Shown: in pieces, positions 1-9,788 of the stretch
Numbering within the stretch: the first letter of the stretch is position 1
How the letters are laid out: every line of letters starts with the position of its first letter
Virus record (IMG/VR): IMGVR_UViG_3300014822_000065
Location: 1 to 56,733 of that record
Length of the DNA stretch: 56,733 nt
Source of the DNA: a virus
Taxonomy: Duplodnaviria; Caudoviricetes
Strand: one strand, 5' to 3'
The notes under the pieces: generated by a model
The model's database searches: none
Told to the model about the DNA's origin: nothing
What the model saw: only the letters and a program-made list of their open reading frames with translations
Position numbers and translations under genes: made by a program

Positions 1-547
1 CCCCGGAGGCGTCGATCCCAAAATCTCCGGAAGCGAACTGGTGACCCACACGAACGATCTTGGCACCGGACGGCGGCGACGCCTCAGCGGTCAAACCGGA
101 GGCCAAAACAGCACCGGCAGCCACGGAGGTAACGACCTTCAAACCATTGTTGGCGGCATTGGAGAAGCCGGAAGCAAAGATGAGGTCGTTGGCCGCAAAA
201 TCACTGGAGTCTGCAACCGTATACTGGGTTGACGTGACCGCCGTGGGCTCTTGCCGCCCCTTCTCGACAAACTCATCGAACATGAACCCTTGGAACAAAT
301 CCTGGATATTCGTTTGGGTCATGTCGATATTGAAGCCGCCAGCGCTCTCGAGGTCCGTCAGGACGCCCTTGTAGCGGGACCGCTTGCTGTTGATGGGCGT
401 GCGGGCGACCTTTGTGAAGCTCCCGCCGAAGTCGTTGTAGGAATTTGGATCGAGGGGATACCATACGGACCCTGCAACCCCGATGGAGCTTTCGACGCAG
501 TAACGGAGCCCCGTCACATTGCTGTCGATCTTGCTGACCTGTGCCAT
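1..547 (-). CDS. Major tail tube protein, 5' part (continues across the window junction into 55758..56733)
   Basis: Not in the ORF track. Read manually: GGAGG RBS, ATG at 547, MAQVSKIDSNVTGLRYCVESSIG...YPLDPNSYNDFGG, open to base 1. Lies between the tail terminator and the tail chaperones. Confidence 0.85.
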   Translation of the reverse strand, partial: MAQVSKIDSNVTGLRYCVESSIGVAGSVWYPLDPNSYNDFGGSFTKVARTPINSKRSRYKGVLTDLESAGGFNIDMTQTNIQDLFQGFMFDEFVEKGRQEPTAVTSTQYTVADSSDFAANDLIFASGFSNAANNGLKVVTSVAAGAVLASGLTAEASPPSGAKIVRVGHQFASGDFGIDASG

Positions 548-561
548 ATGAGAAGGCCTCC

Positions 562-999
562 TTACCTAAGTTGGTCATATTCAAAGTCCGCGGTCACATT
601 CGTTACACTGAAGGAGCCGGACTTTCCCTCTTCAGTTGCACGGACATTCCTGAAAATGACCCCACCAGCAGTGGTGGTGCCCTCGAGAGCGTCATGCACG
701 ATTGTAGCGAGTTCGTCTGCCAGCGTAAACCCGTCTCCTTCGGGGGTCTTAACCAGCACTTCAATGTAGCCATAGCGGGTAAACTTACGTTCACGACTGG
801 CACCAGTAGTGCCAAATGCGGTTTGAGTGCCGTTGATATGATAAACACCAACGACGGCATGGGCGCTACGATCTTTAGGACGGCGCTTGCTGTCATCGTC
901 GTCCCACAGGACCACGAAATTGGCATCATAGCTCGTGAGGGCCGTGTTAACAACCCCAAGCATCTCATCCCGTGCCTCAGCGCGTGTCAGGTTAGACAT
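562..999 (-). CDS. Tail terminator / tail completion protein
   Basis: 145 aa; directly upstream of the major tail gene; C-terminal FEYD; size and position typical. Confidence 0.7.
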   Translation of the reverse strand: MSNLTRAEARDEMLGVVNTALTSYDANFVVLWDDDDSKRRPKDRSAHAVVGVYHINGTQTAFGTTGASRERKFTRYGYIEVLVKTPEGDGFTLADELATIVHDALEGTTTAGGVIFRNVRATEEGKSGSFSVTNVTADFEYDQLR

Positions 1000-1002
1000 G
1001 GG

Positions 1003-1392
1003 TCACCTCTTGCAATAGATGATATAGCAGATGCGATCGTCCCCTGGTTCAATGACCTCCACGTCGTCAATACTCCAAACCCGGCCAGAAGTGTCCTCCA
1101 AATCAGTTGAGGTGGTCAGGTCAATGGCGCTGAACTGGTCATCGCCCGCCGTATCTTTCTCGGCGATCAGGAACCGGGTGTTGCTCCTACGGAACGTCCG
1201 GTCTTGGGCCTCTTCTTCCTCGTAGTCATATTGGATGGCCTTCACCGTCACAGTCTGAGTGCCCGTCGAGCCGCGCCAGGGCTTACCGCTCTCACGAACA
1301 GGCGTAGCGGCGCGGGCGGTGACAGTCATATCAGCCCCGTGCTTCTCAATCAAGCGGGCCGCAGTTCCCTGGAGGCGAGTGGCAAGGCTCAA
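1003..1392 (-). CDS. Head closure / head-tail joining protein
   Basis: 129 aa; LQGTAARLIEKHG N-terminus and W-x-I-x-x-V-x-x-I-x-PG C-terminus; neck gene order. Confidence 0.65.
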   Translation of the reverse strand: MSLATRLQGTAARLIEKHGADMTVTARAATPVRESGKPWRGSTGTQTVTVKAIQYDYEEEEAQDRTFRRSNTRFLIAEKDTAGDDQFSAIDLTTSTDLEDTSGRVWSIDDVEVIEPGDDRICYIIYCKR

Positions 1393-1964
1393 CGGCTCAC
1401 TCCTTTTGTGTTACGAAGGAACGGGCCCACAAGAAAATCGGCCTCCGGGTATTGAACCACTCGATCGTTGTCGACCAGGGCACTCCCCGAGCTTACCCGG
1501 GAGGCGTTAGTGCCGCTCACCGAGAAATAGGTTTCTTCGTATACGGGACCGACTTTTTCAATCTTGCGATTGACCCGTCCAAACGGGACAGGCGCCCCGT
1601 CCGACACCGGATAGATAACCGGCGGGATGAGGTCATTGGACAGGGCATGCTTGGCATACTCGGCGCAAGCGTGGGCAATAGCTGTCGGCACCTGGTCGTC
1701 AAGTGCCGTTCCGCGCTCATCATAGACATAATTGCGGGGCCAACCAAGCGCTTGTGTGGACGAGGCAGCCAAGCCCTTCCACTTGGTGCCGAAACGCTTC
1801 TCCATGTAACGGGTCGCCTGCACAATCGCCTGCTCTTTTGCGGTCGTATTGGCGGCGCTCCACGTTGCGTCGCCAATAGCCGAGAAATAGGTATCTGCGT
1901 CTGCCACCGAAATATAGGCATCCGAATTGGCGAGGCCAGTTCCGTCTTCGACAGTGATGGTCAT
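1389..1964 (-). CDS. Head-tail adaptor (DnaT-like family)
   Basis: VEDGTGLANSDAYISVADADTYF and QALGWPR motifs typical of phage DnaT-like adaptors. Confidence 0.8.
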   Translation of the reverse strand: MTITVEDGTGLANSDAYISVADADTYFSAIGDATWSAANTTAKEQAIVQATRYMEKRFGTKWKGLAASSTQALGWPRNYVYDERGTALDDQVPTAIAHACAEYAKHALSNDLIPPVIYPVSDGAPVPFGRVNRKIEKVGPVYEETYFSVSGTNASRVSSGSALVDNDRVVQYPEADFLVGPFLRNTKGVSR

Positions 1965-2083
1965 GAAACGATTACCTCCTCAACCCCGGTCGCCTCGCTA
2001 ACTGATCCGTAAGAGGTCGCAGAGGCTTGAAGGCGAGCGCGAACCGCAAGCGGACTGCCCAGAGTTGCAAGACGCTTCGCCAT
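1961..2083 (-). CDS. 40-aa small protein (MAKRLATLGSPLAVRARLQ...)
   Basis: Below the ORF-track cutoff. GAGGGGG RBS; stop overlaps the adaptor start as ATGA; fills the gap exactly. Confidence 0.6.
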   Translation of the reverse strand: MAKRLATLGSPLAVRARLQASATSYGSVSEATGVEEVIVS

Positions 2084-2095
2084 TCAGTTACCCCC

Positions 2096-2737
2096 TCATT
2101 CAGCCAGGGCGCCCTGACGGCGGGCTTTACGGCGGGCCGCCAAGGCGGCGTCAAGGGGCGAAGGCGTCCCGCCTGCGCCACGAGCCGCGGCCCGCTTGGC
2201 CAGTTCATTGCGCTGGAATTGCTGAATGGCCTCAGCTTCGGTCATGGGCGGGAACTGCCGGTTCTTTTCATCGACGAGCTTGCCCAATTCTTCCTCAGCC
2301 TCAGCCAGCAGGCGCTTGCCCTCTTCAAGGCGGCGTTGGATGTCGGAAACACGCTGTTGCGCTTCCGCAATTCCAGCGTCCAGCTCGGCCTCGAAGTCGG
2401 CCGGACCTTCTGCGAGAGGGTCGTCTTCGTCCAGTTCAGAACCGGTTGCCGAAGCCGTATCGATCTCTTGCACCGGCTCGGGGGACGATGGAACAGCCTC
2501 CTCGGTGTCGTAATCGTCTGCCGCCGGTTCACTGTCTTCAAGCGCGTCGGCCAGTTCACTTGCGACAGCGCGGGTAAAATCGGGCGCAGCATTGGTCACC
2601 GCTTTGCGGGTCACGTTGTCCCCGAGCAGGTTTTCAACGGCGTCAAGCCGGGGCATGCCATCAGCAGTCCAGTGTTCGTCGTTGTGCGGGTCCAAAGCCC
2701 GAACGGCTTCCAGAATTTCTTCGTTGGTCTTAGCCAT
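2096..2737 (-). CDS. Acidic coiled-coil hypothetical protein of the head-neck region
   Basis: GAGGAG RBS before MAKTNEE; LDPHNDEHWTADGMPRLDAV N-domain followed by an acidic linker and coiled coil. Confidence 0.7.
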   Translation of the reverse strand: MAKTNEEILEAVRALDPHNDEHWTADGMPRLDAVENLLGDNVTRKAVTNAAPDFTRAVASELADALEDSEPAADDYDTEEAVPSSPEPVQEIDTASATGSELDEDDPLAEGPADFEAELDAGIAEAQQRVSDIQRRLEEGKRLLAEAEEELGKLVDEKNRQFPPMTEAEAIQQFQRNELAKRAAARGAGGTPSPLDAALAARRKARRQGALAE

Positions 2738-2759
2738 CTCTTTGCTCCTCAAAGTTGAG

Positions 2760-2790
2760 GTAGGGCCAGCTTTACACCACTGGCCCTACT
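2760..2790 (-). terminator. Intergenic hairpin, possible weak terminator or processing site
   Basis: GTAGGGCCAG...CTGGCCCTAC inverted repeat; no strong U-tract. Confidence 0.4.
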
Positions 2791-2792
2791 TG

Positions 2793-3317
2793 TCAGTCGT
2801 CGCCCAGGACGACATACGCGATATGCAGGACGCCAGAAGCCGTGATGTCCACGCTCTGGTCATCGGTAATATCCGCGGCGTCCACGGTCAGGTTCAGGTT
2901 GATCTCCAGCGACCCGTCCGTGTTGTCGAAGACGGCAATACCGCTCTTCTCGCCACGAACCGCGCTGATAACCTCCGAACCGGCCGGACCAACTGCAGAG
3001 GTGTAGATCACGTTCCGCTCTGCATCAGTGTCGATCGCGGCGTTTGCAAGCGGCGCCGTTGCCATCGAGTAGTCACCGCTCCAGGTGTCCGACAGATTGG
3101 CGTCCGAGCCCGAGCCAGCAAACGCAACGTAGGCAACGGCTCCGAGGAACAGAATGTTGCCTTCCGGGAAGTCAGCGACAACGGTAGAGCCGAAGCCCGC
3201 AGCGGCGCCCGTTGCCGAAACAGTGATGGTGAGGTCATCGAAAGCAATCGATCGCTTGGTAATCAACTGCGCTGCGGCCGGTCCCCGGCTCAGCGAGCGT
3301 GTAAGCCCTTTGGTCAT
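2793..3317 (-). CDS. Virion structural protein (possible head decoration)
   Basis: 174 aa, beta-rich and Ala/Gly/Ser-rich, immediately downstream of the capsid gene; AGGAG RBS. Confidence 0.6.
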   Translation of the reverse strand: MTKGLTRSLSRGPAAAQLITKRSIAFDDLTITVSATGAAAGFGSTVVADFPEGNILFLGAVAYVAFAGSGSDANLSDTWSGDYSMATAPLANAAIDTDAERNVIYTSAVGPAGSEVISAVRGEKSGIAVFDNTDGSLEINLNLTVDAADITDDQSVDITASGVLHIAYVVLGDD

Positions 3318-3345
3318 GGTCTATCTCCTTTGAAAGCCTGGGTCA

Positions 3346-3375
3346 TACGAAGAGGGGCCGCCGAAGCAGCCCCTC
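3346..3375 (-). terminator. Intrinsic terminator-like hairpin after the major capsid gene
   Basis: Minus strand GAGGGGCUGC-UUCG-GCGGCCCCUC followed by UUCGU; cUUCGg tetraloop. Confidence 0.65.
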
Positions 3376-3382
3376 AGCTCGA

Positions 3383-4432
3383 TCAGCTCTCGCGAGTGAT
3401 GAGACGCGCGATTTTGATCTGCTTCCGCTCAGGGAAGACCCGCTGCCAAGAACCGGCGTTTGCCAGGTTGTTGGCCGTGGCCGCATTGGTCGGGCCCCCG
3501 TTGGGCGCGGTGCCCACGTAGGCGTGGCCCGTCGGGTGCAGACACCACATGATGCGATCGACCATATACTCCTGACCGCCGCCGTCGCCGGCAAGGGGCA
3601 GACGGTCGGTTTCGAAGGGCGTCTCCGGGGTGCCCACGCCATAGCGCACAGCGCCGGCGCCAAACAGCCAGGTATGATAGATGCCCGAGGCCGTCTGAGC
3701 GGCACCGGAACCGGCCGGGTTGGGCATGCTGTCATCGACGATCACGCGACGGCCCAGGAAGTAGGGAATGTCCACCTCGCCCCGAGCGTCGGGAATGAAA
3801 TCGATCAGGTTGTTCTTCTGCGCCCGTGCAAACACAATGGAGTGCATGAGACAAATTCCCAGTGCCTGTGCACTGTCGCCCATGGTCACAGCCGTGTCAA
3901 TAAAGGCCTCGGCCGAAAAGTCGGTCACGCCAGCCACATAGGACGAACCCGAGATGTCATTGGTCAGATCACCCTGCACGTGCTCGGAGCCTGACGGCGC
4001 GGCGTCGTTGTCGGCAAAGATGCCCTGCATGGTAGCAATGAACATCGCCTGCAGGCGCCGGGTCCAGTAGTAGCCGACGCGATTGGCAATAGCCGTCATG
4101 GGCTTCGAGCCGGCGAGGTCGGCGGCAAGGTCCATGGCGCTCCAGGCCTGGTTGCGCGAGAGGCGAACGGAGATTTCCGTCAGGGTCCCGATTTTCTTTG
4201 GCGAAGCGCTGGAGGTGTCGTCATCCGTCGAGGTGTTTTCCTCGTCGTTGTCAAGGTCCTTCCAGCTCGGGGTATTGAACGTGAGACCGCCGCCATTCAG
4301 AAGAGCGTCGATGCTCTCGTCCCGTGCAACAACACCCGACTGAACCAGAGCGGACTTCTGCTCGGTCACGTTCTGCTTGTAGGGCGTGTAGATTTCAGGG
4401 ACGACCACGTCCGAGATTTTGGTAACAGCCAT
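3383..4432 (-). CDS. Major capsid protein
   Basis: 349 aa; TKISDVVVPEIYTPY, SALVQSG, NLANAGSWQRV..RKQI motifs of phage coat proteins; follows the scaffold; AAGGAG RBS. Confidence 0.9.
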   Translation of the reverse strand: MAVTKISDVVVPEIYTPYKQNVTEQKSALVQSGVVARDESIDALLNGGGLTFNTPSWKDLDNDEENTSTDDDTSSASPKKIGTLTEISVRLSRNQAWSAMDLAADLAGSKPMTAIANRVGYYWTRRLQAMFIATMQGIFADNDAAPSGSEHVQGDLTNDISGSSYVAGVTDFSAEAFIDTAVTMGDSAQALGICLMHSIVFARAQKNNLIDFIPDARGEVDIPYFLGRRVIVDDSMPNPAGSGAAQTASGIYHTWLFGAGAVRYGVGTPETPFETDRLPLAGDGGGQEYMVDRIMWCLHPTGHAYVGTAPNGGPTNAATANNLANAGSWQRVFPERKQIKIARLITRES

Positions 4433-4600
4433 TGGAATGCTCCTTTGATTGGCTCTGATCTATAGGAGAGACCTGAGCCGAGCACCATGGCCAGCTCGGT
4501 AAAGCGAGTGCCAGAACCATGTCCAGTCTCGTGAAACGGTAGGCACGCGAGCCATGCCCGCGTACCCTATGGCTATGAATATGCGCCAGCTTAACTGGCC
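4433..4600 (-). promoter_or_regulatory. Structured capsid-gene leader with three CAUGG-loop hairpins
   Basis: CCATG on the plus strand at 4485, 4517 and 4552, each within an inverted repeat. Confidence 0.5.
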
Positions 4601-4612
4601 TGTAAGCCAGCG

Positions 4613-5449
4613 TTACACCGCTTCGGGCGGCGCAATTGCTCCGATCTTCGAACCAGCGGCGTTTGCCAAACGCTCGGCCTTGGCCCGATCCTGGCGAACA
4701 AGAGCCGCCTGAGCGTCAAGGTCCCAGTTTTTGGGGCTCCAAGGGTTCGAACCAGCGCCTCCGACGCCGCCTCCACCGCCAGCGCCCCCGCCCTGCGACT
4801 GCGGCCACCAATGCGGGCGCTTCTCCTTCATGTCAGAAAGCCAGACATCCGGAGTAATGCCACTTTCCACGCCACGAGCGCCCTCCTTGGCAACAATTGC
4901 GCCGTCTTCAGCGACCTCGAACAGGTGCGTGCCCATGAAGATGATGTCATCAAGGGCCGAGCTAACGACCTTCTCAGAAATCGCCAATTCACGCAGCTTG
5001 GCTTCGATGATGCTGTTATTGATCGTGGTGCGGAGCTGACTGGCCTCAGCCTCAAGTTCCTGGTTGCGAGACCTCAGCTGGTCGCGTTCCCGTTCAATGG
5101 GACGAAGCTCCCGCTTCATACGAGCTTCCACCAGCTCTTCCAGCTTCTTCTCGTCGACTTTGCCGCCTTCGCCGGCCTCGATGCGGGCACGCAGGTCTTC
5201 CAGCTCGTCAAGCTGTTCCACGATCTGGTCAATATCCACGTCATCACCGCCGAGCTTAGCCAGCTTGTCCTTGGTTTTCTTGTGGGCCGCGCGTTCCTCA
5301 CGCAGCGACTTGGACAGCTTGTCCGTGTCTTCCGTCGTTTTCATGCCCTCAACACCTGTCAGGTGCCAAGTGCCGTCTTTCTCGGAGTAGAGGTCGGCGA
5401 AGCCTTCCGGAATGTCTTCCCGATTGTCATACTTGAGCTTGAGTTTCAT
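4613..5449 (-). CDS. Capsid scaffolding protein
   Basis: 278 aa; DIPEGFADLYSEKDG N-terminus, long coiled coil, Gly-rich linker then NPW; upstream of capsid gene. Confidence 0.85.
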   Translation of the reverse strand: MKLKLKYDNREDIPEGFADLYSEKDGTWHLTGVEGMKTTEDTDKLSKSLREERAAHKKTKDKLAKLGGDDVDIDQIVEQLDELEDLRARIEAGEGGKVDEKKLEELVEARMKRELRPIERERDQLRSRNQELEAEASQLRTTINNSIIEAKLRELAISEKVVSSALDDIIFMGTHLFEVAEDGAIVAKEGARGVESGITPDVWLSDMKEKRPHWWPQSQGGGAGGGGGVGGAGSNPWSPKNWDLDAQAALVRQDRAKAERLANAAGSKIGAIAPPEAV

Positions 5450-5498
5450 CTTTCACTCCTCAGTTTGAAGCGCCATGCGCTTTGGCCACCATTGGCCG

Positions 5499-6518
5499 TC
5501 ACTGAAACGGTGGTTCCATTCCAGCGGCTTCGAAGACTTGGCGCTCACGCTTTGCCAGAGTCTCCAAATCTATACCGCGCCAATTAGGCTCGCGGAAATT
5601 CTGCAGGTCCAATTTACCTGCTCGAAAGGCTCGGCCCTGACGAGGGCCCAAAACCTCATCTTGGTCGGCTGCGCTCAAACGATTGAGCCATTCCCGGTAA
5701 CGTGGAATTCGACTGGGGCCGTCACCGACCAGCGGGACGCGAACCGATCGACAGAACCAGTGAACTGGCGGACGAGGACCTTCGTCATTGTTGAATACCC
5801 GGCCGTGCAAATCCCGGCAAGTCTGAGTGGTGCGCCCATCGAGGATGGCGACATAAACTTCTTTGTTGCGGGCAAATGGGTTATCCAGAGTAACGTTTAC
5901 CCGCGCCAGGTCAGCAAAGGTATCTGTTGCCGTTCTTACAAGCGTGTCCAGTTCGCGACGTGCAATGGCTGTTGCACCATCGCGCCCGCCGTAGCTGGCA
6001 TGGCCTATAAGACGAGCGCGCATAGCTGCCTCGTTTTCGCCGAGGCGCGCACCAAGCGACAGGCTCTCTCGAAGGCGCTGAATATCATTGGCCAAAAGCC
6101 TGTTTTGCCAGTCGCGCAGGGTGCTACCCATAACTTTGGCATCCGTCACATTGACTGTTAGTGACGGGTTCAGGTTCTGCCCGCCCGCGCGCATCAACGC
6201 TTCAAAAAATCGGCGTTCATATTCTGCCAGCTGCACCAAGTTGCTGTTGAGGGAAGCAAGCGCCCCAGTGAAACCGCGGCGACGCAGGGCCCAAGTCTCC
6301 TGAACCGCCTGTTCGAGACGGGCTTTAGCTGCGGGATCATCCAGGCGCAGGCCCCCGCGCGCAACCAGATAGGCGGCCAAAGCGCTGCCAAGTTTGCTGA
6401 GTTCTGGCTCCGTGCGATCAAGCTCCTCTTGGGCCTGCGCCTGGTAAAGGACGGACAGCTGCATCAAGCGAATTTGATGCAGTACGGCCCAATCCAGTAT
6501 CTGATTGAAGGTTTCCAT
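5499..6518 (-). CDS. Head morphogenesis / minor head protein (SPP1 gp7, Mu F-like)
   Basis: AILDGRTTQTCRDLHG...PPVHWFCRS motif. Confidence 0.85.
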   Translation of the reverse strand: METFNQILDWAVLHQIRLMQLSVLYQAQAQEELDRTEPELSKLGSALAAYLVARGGLRLDDPAAKARLEQAVQETWALRRRGFTGALASLNSNLVQLAEYERRFFEALMRAGGQNLNPSLTVNVTDAKVMGSTLRDWQNRLLANDIQRLRESLSLGARLGENEAAMRARLIGHASYGGRDGATAIARRELDTLVRTATDTFADLARVNVTLDNPFARNKEVYVAILDGRTTQTCRDLHGRVFNNDEGPRPPVHWFCRSVRVPLVGDGPSRIPRYREWLNRLSAADQDEVLGPRQGRAFRAGKLDLQNFREPNWRGIDLETLAKRERQVFEAAGMEPPFQ

Positions 6519-8071
6519 CAGTTATCCGTGGTGGTGTTCGGGCCCGGAGTCTGCTGATCCGTCTTTTGGCGAGGATCAATGGGCTTTCCCTGGTTATCCG
6601 TGGAGCCCGGGTCCTCCTTGGTAATGTCGAGAACGGTGCCCATTGTAAGTTCGCGTTCGCTCTCGATTTCCGCCATTTCGTCTTCAAAGGTCTTGTCTGT
6701 CAGTTCCTTCTTGCGGAAGTTGGTGTGCAGGGTCTTAAGCGACAGCGGAGCGCCCATCGCCTTCGCCTGCATGAATTCGAGAAGGTCTTGACCAGTGAAG
6801 GCGTCATCCGTGAAGTCTAGGTTGGGCTCGACAACTACCTGCTTGGGGTCTGCCCCGATGAACTCGGCGATCTGACGCAAGGCCCGTTGAAGCCCCTCCG
6901 CGCCGGTAATGGCAAGGGTGCGAAGCGTCGTGGTCCGTGCAGCAACGCGGATACGAAGCGCATCGCCGGACTGTCGAGCGGTATCACCGAAGTCCAGCAG
7001 ACGAGCACCACGCTCGGCCGCCTGCTCCTTGTCCGCCTTGAGGCTTTCTCTTTGCTCCTGGAGACCGTCCGAAGAGACCCCGATATACTTGGCGTCACCA
7101 CCCAAGGGGACCTCGATGCGAGCCCCGGAGCCAACCTTGAGGGTGTCATTGTCATCGTCCTGCATCAACGCGCCGATAATAACCAGCGTATCTTGGCCCT
7201 GCATGAACAGGGTCTGACGATAGTCCGCTTCCCCGCGATAAATCGCCAAGGTCAGGTTGGACAGGCCTATCAGAACGGGTGGTTCGGGGTCGCTATCCAA
7301 ATCACCAGCATTGATGAAGGTAAACGGAATGTAGGGCAGACCACGACCGGCGATTGTCGGCTGGATAGCGGGGGAGTTTGCGAGATTTCCATCCTTACCA
7401 CGAACCGGAATGGCCCAAAACTTGTCGGGGTCGCCCTTGAGCTTGCCGTCACCAAGCAAGTTTGTCAACTCGGATTGCGGAGCCAGCAAAACGCGGTATT
7501 TGTCCTGGTTCTCCCAACGGAACCCCTTGCGCTCGGCCTCACTCTCATCCAGCACCAAGAAGTCCAGGCTGGACGTATCATCCTCACGCCGACCCATGTC
7601 CCAGTTGATGATTGTCGGAGCCTCATAAGTTGCAATATACGGGAGCGCATTCGGCCCCTGTCCACTGCGCACGTCGACCAGCAGACCGTAGCGAGAGTGA
7701 AGAAGCTGATGGAAATTAATGTCCCGCAAAAGGGAGTTCAGTGAGTGGCCTTCAGCAGTGATCTTTTCACGCAGCGGCTCCATCCTCGGAGGCAGTTTGA
7801 TTTGGGCGGGCTTGCGGGCCATGATGTCTACCATCATTGTGATGGCGTCCTTGACAAAATCATGGAACACTGCACGAGTAAGATAGGCCTCATAGGCCTT
7901 ATACCCCGCCTGGTTGGGGTTGTCCATACCATCGGCCAGCATGTTGGCTGTGGCTGGGAGATACATGGTGCGGGCTTCCTTGACCGTGCGTTGTCCCGCA
8001 TAGGTATCGCTCATTTGCTGCCAGTCTTCGACAAACAGAGCGTAGAGAGGGTGTTTCTCGTCGACCGACAT
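6518..8071 (-). CDS. Portal protein (DUF4055-like)
   Basis: 517 aa; YLP...YLTRAVF and YGLLVD motifs; follows terminase. Confidence 0.85.
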   Translation of the reverse strand: MSVDEKHPLYALFVEDWQQMSDTYAGQRTVKEARTMYLPATANMLADGMDNPNQAGYKAYEAYLTRAVFHDFVKDAITMMVDIMARKPAQIKLPPRMEPLREKITAEGHSLNSLLRDINFHQLLHSRYGLLVDVRSGQGPNALPYIATYEAPTIINWDMGRREDDTSSLDFLVLDESEAERKGFRWENQDKYRVLLAPQSELTNLLGDGKLKGDPDKFWAIPVRGKDGNLANSPAIQPTIAGRGLPYIPFTFINAGDLDSDPEPPVLIGLSNLTLAIYRGEADYRQTLFMQGQDTLVIIGALMQDDDNDTLKVGSGARIEVPLGGDAKYIGVSSDGLQEQRESLKADKEQAAERGARLLDFGDTARQSGDALRIRVAARTTTLRTLAITGAEGLQRALRQIAEFIGADPKQVVVEPNLDFTDDAFTGQDLLEFMQAKAMGAPLSLKTLHTNFRKKELTDKTFEDEMAEIESERELTMGTVLDITKEDPGSTDNQGKPIDPRQKTDQQTPGPNTTTDN

Positions 8072-8086
8072 TTGGAGTGCATCCCC

Positions 8087-9730
8087 TTAATAATGGCCAG
8101 TGATCTTTCCGCCTTTGACCTTACGCGGTTTGAAACGAACACGATACCGGCATTCATCACCGATGTGATCTTCTGCTTCGCTATCCACGTCATCCATGTC
8201 ATTTTCATCACGGGGCAAGGCAGGCACCGTGCGCTGGAACTGTTCACAAGTGCTGAAGATAAACAGCCCAGGCTTTTCTCGAAGGCCTTCTTCCGGAGGG
8301 TCCCGCTTCTCGGGCGGAATGGCCGCCTTCATCATAGCGCGCATCTGTTCCCAGCCTTGCTTGCGCGAGCCCGGAGACTTGTCCGAGTATTCCCATGTCA
8401 CGCCGGCGTAAAGCTGACCGTCGATGCGAACAGGCTGAGCCATGTCCGTTGCTTTTGACTTGGCAGATGGATCATCCTTCTTTCGGCCCATCTCATCGTC
8501 AAAGATGGCGTTATCAGCGGGACCCGGCTTTACCCGGCACCAGCGGCGGTTATTCTTTTGCCGCCATCCCATTTCAAGTTCAAATTCCACGATGCCTCGG
8601 CTGATTTCCCATGCGAGCTTGCGCGTGCCCTCATTCGGTTTGCCCGTCCAGCCATACCACTCGGCAATACGGAAAAGGTCCCCGCGAACCGTAGATCGCC
8701 GGTGGCCAAAGGCGTCAATGTAATCGGAGCCATCGCTCTCGGCCCACCAGCCGACACTGAAAGGCTTATTCGAGCCCCAGTCAAAAGAGCGGTCAATTCG
8801 CCAGGACGCCGGAATTTCGAAGGGCTCAACGACAATGTAATCCTTGCCCATGAACCAGATGTCATCGAACATGCCGCCGGCGACAATATCCCACGACCCA
8901 TCAAGCCATGCCGCCAGTTCGGCCGGGTTTCTTGCCGCAGTGCGGATGTTCCGCTTGTAGTCCGGGTCAGCGGTCAATAGGACTTTGTTTTCGTCCAGAT
9001 AACCATGAACGGCGACGCGAGGCGCTTCGAGCTCTCCACTGTCGTCTCGTGCGTCAGTGATGATTTGCCCAATGATCTTGCCCTTTGCCACTGGAAGACG
9101 ATAACGCATCTTTACCCAGTTATGCCCGACACCATAAGGGTTGGTCGTTGCCCGCACTTTACGAGGCATGCCGACTTTTGTGGAACGCAGGCACGAAAAC
9201 ATAGACTTGAAGCACTTGTCGTCAGGCCAAGTCGTCAATTCTTCCCAACCGATAAACGGATAGGCGTGACCGTGGTATTTCCAGTAATCCGCCGGTTTAG
9301 CGAATTGGCGGAAATAGAGCTTTTCCCCTGTGGGCCACTCCCAGAAGGACTTTGTTTCGTTATACCGCGCGTTCGGCCATATACGCGGGATCCATTTGCG
9401 GGACTTCTCGATGATGTCCTGCAAGTCCGGATAGCTTTTGCGGAAAATAATCCCGCGCCACTCTTCGCCCCACCCCTTGCCAACGTCTTGGCAGAAGTCC
9501 ATAATTAGGGCGTCCGTCTTTCCGGGACCGCGAGTGCCCTCGTAAAGCACTTCCGTCAGGGGACAAGAGAGAAACGCCTCCTGAGACCCGGGCTGCGGTG
9601 CCCATACTACGGGCTCGGCTTTGCCACTCTGCTTGATAACGAAAGCTTGAAGGCCCTGCTCCGTCTTTCGCCACTCAATACGACTGGCGCCAGTACCGGC
9701 ATGAAACTGTTCCTGCGCGTGGTTGCCCAT
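8087..9730 (-). CDS. terL: Terminase large subunit
   Basis: PQPGSQ adenine-binding motif, Walker A GTRGPGKT, Walker B IGWEE, ATTNP coupling motif, nuclease FDWG and EDHIGDECRY. Confidence 0.92.
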   Translation of the reverse strand: MGNHAQEQFHAGTGASRIEWRKTEQGLQAFVIKQSGKAEPVVWAPQPGSQEAFLSCPLTEVLYEGTRGPGKTDALIMDFCQDVGKGWGEEWRGIIFRKSYPDLQDIIEKSRKWIPRIWPNARYNETKSFWEWPTGEKLYFRQFAKPADYWKYHGHAYPFIGWEELTTWPDDKCFKSMFSCLRSTKVGMPRKVRATTNPYGVGHNWVKMRYRLPVAKGKIIGQIITDARDDSGELEAPRVAVHGYLDENKVLLTADPDYKRNIRTAARNPAELAAWLDGSWDIVAGGMFDDIWFMGKDYIVVEPFEIPASWRIDRSFDWGSNKPFSVGWWAESDGSDYIDAFGHRRSTVRGDLFRIAEWYGWTGKPNEGTRKLAWEISRGIVEFELEMGWRQKNNRRWCRVKPGPADNAIFDDEMGRKKDDPSAKSKATDMAQPVRIDGQLYAGVTWEYSDKSPGSRKQGWEQMRAMMKAAIPPEKRDPPEEGLREKPGLFIFSTCEQFQRTVPALPRDENDMDDVDSEAEDHIGDECRYRVRFKPRKVKGGKITGHY

Positions 9731-9788
9731 TATCAACTGCTACCCTTGTTCCAACAATTCTATGCCTCTTGTCCGAACCGGCTTACTG

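Noticed and set aside
1389-1964. DnaT primosome protein
   Set aside because: Position in the neck module indicates a head-tail adaptor.
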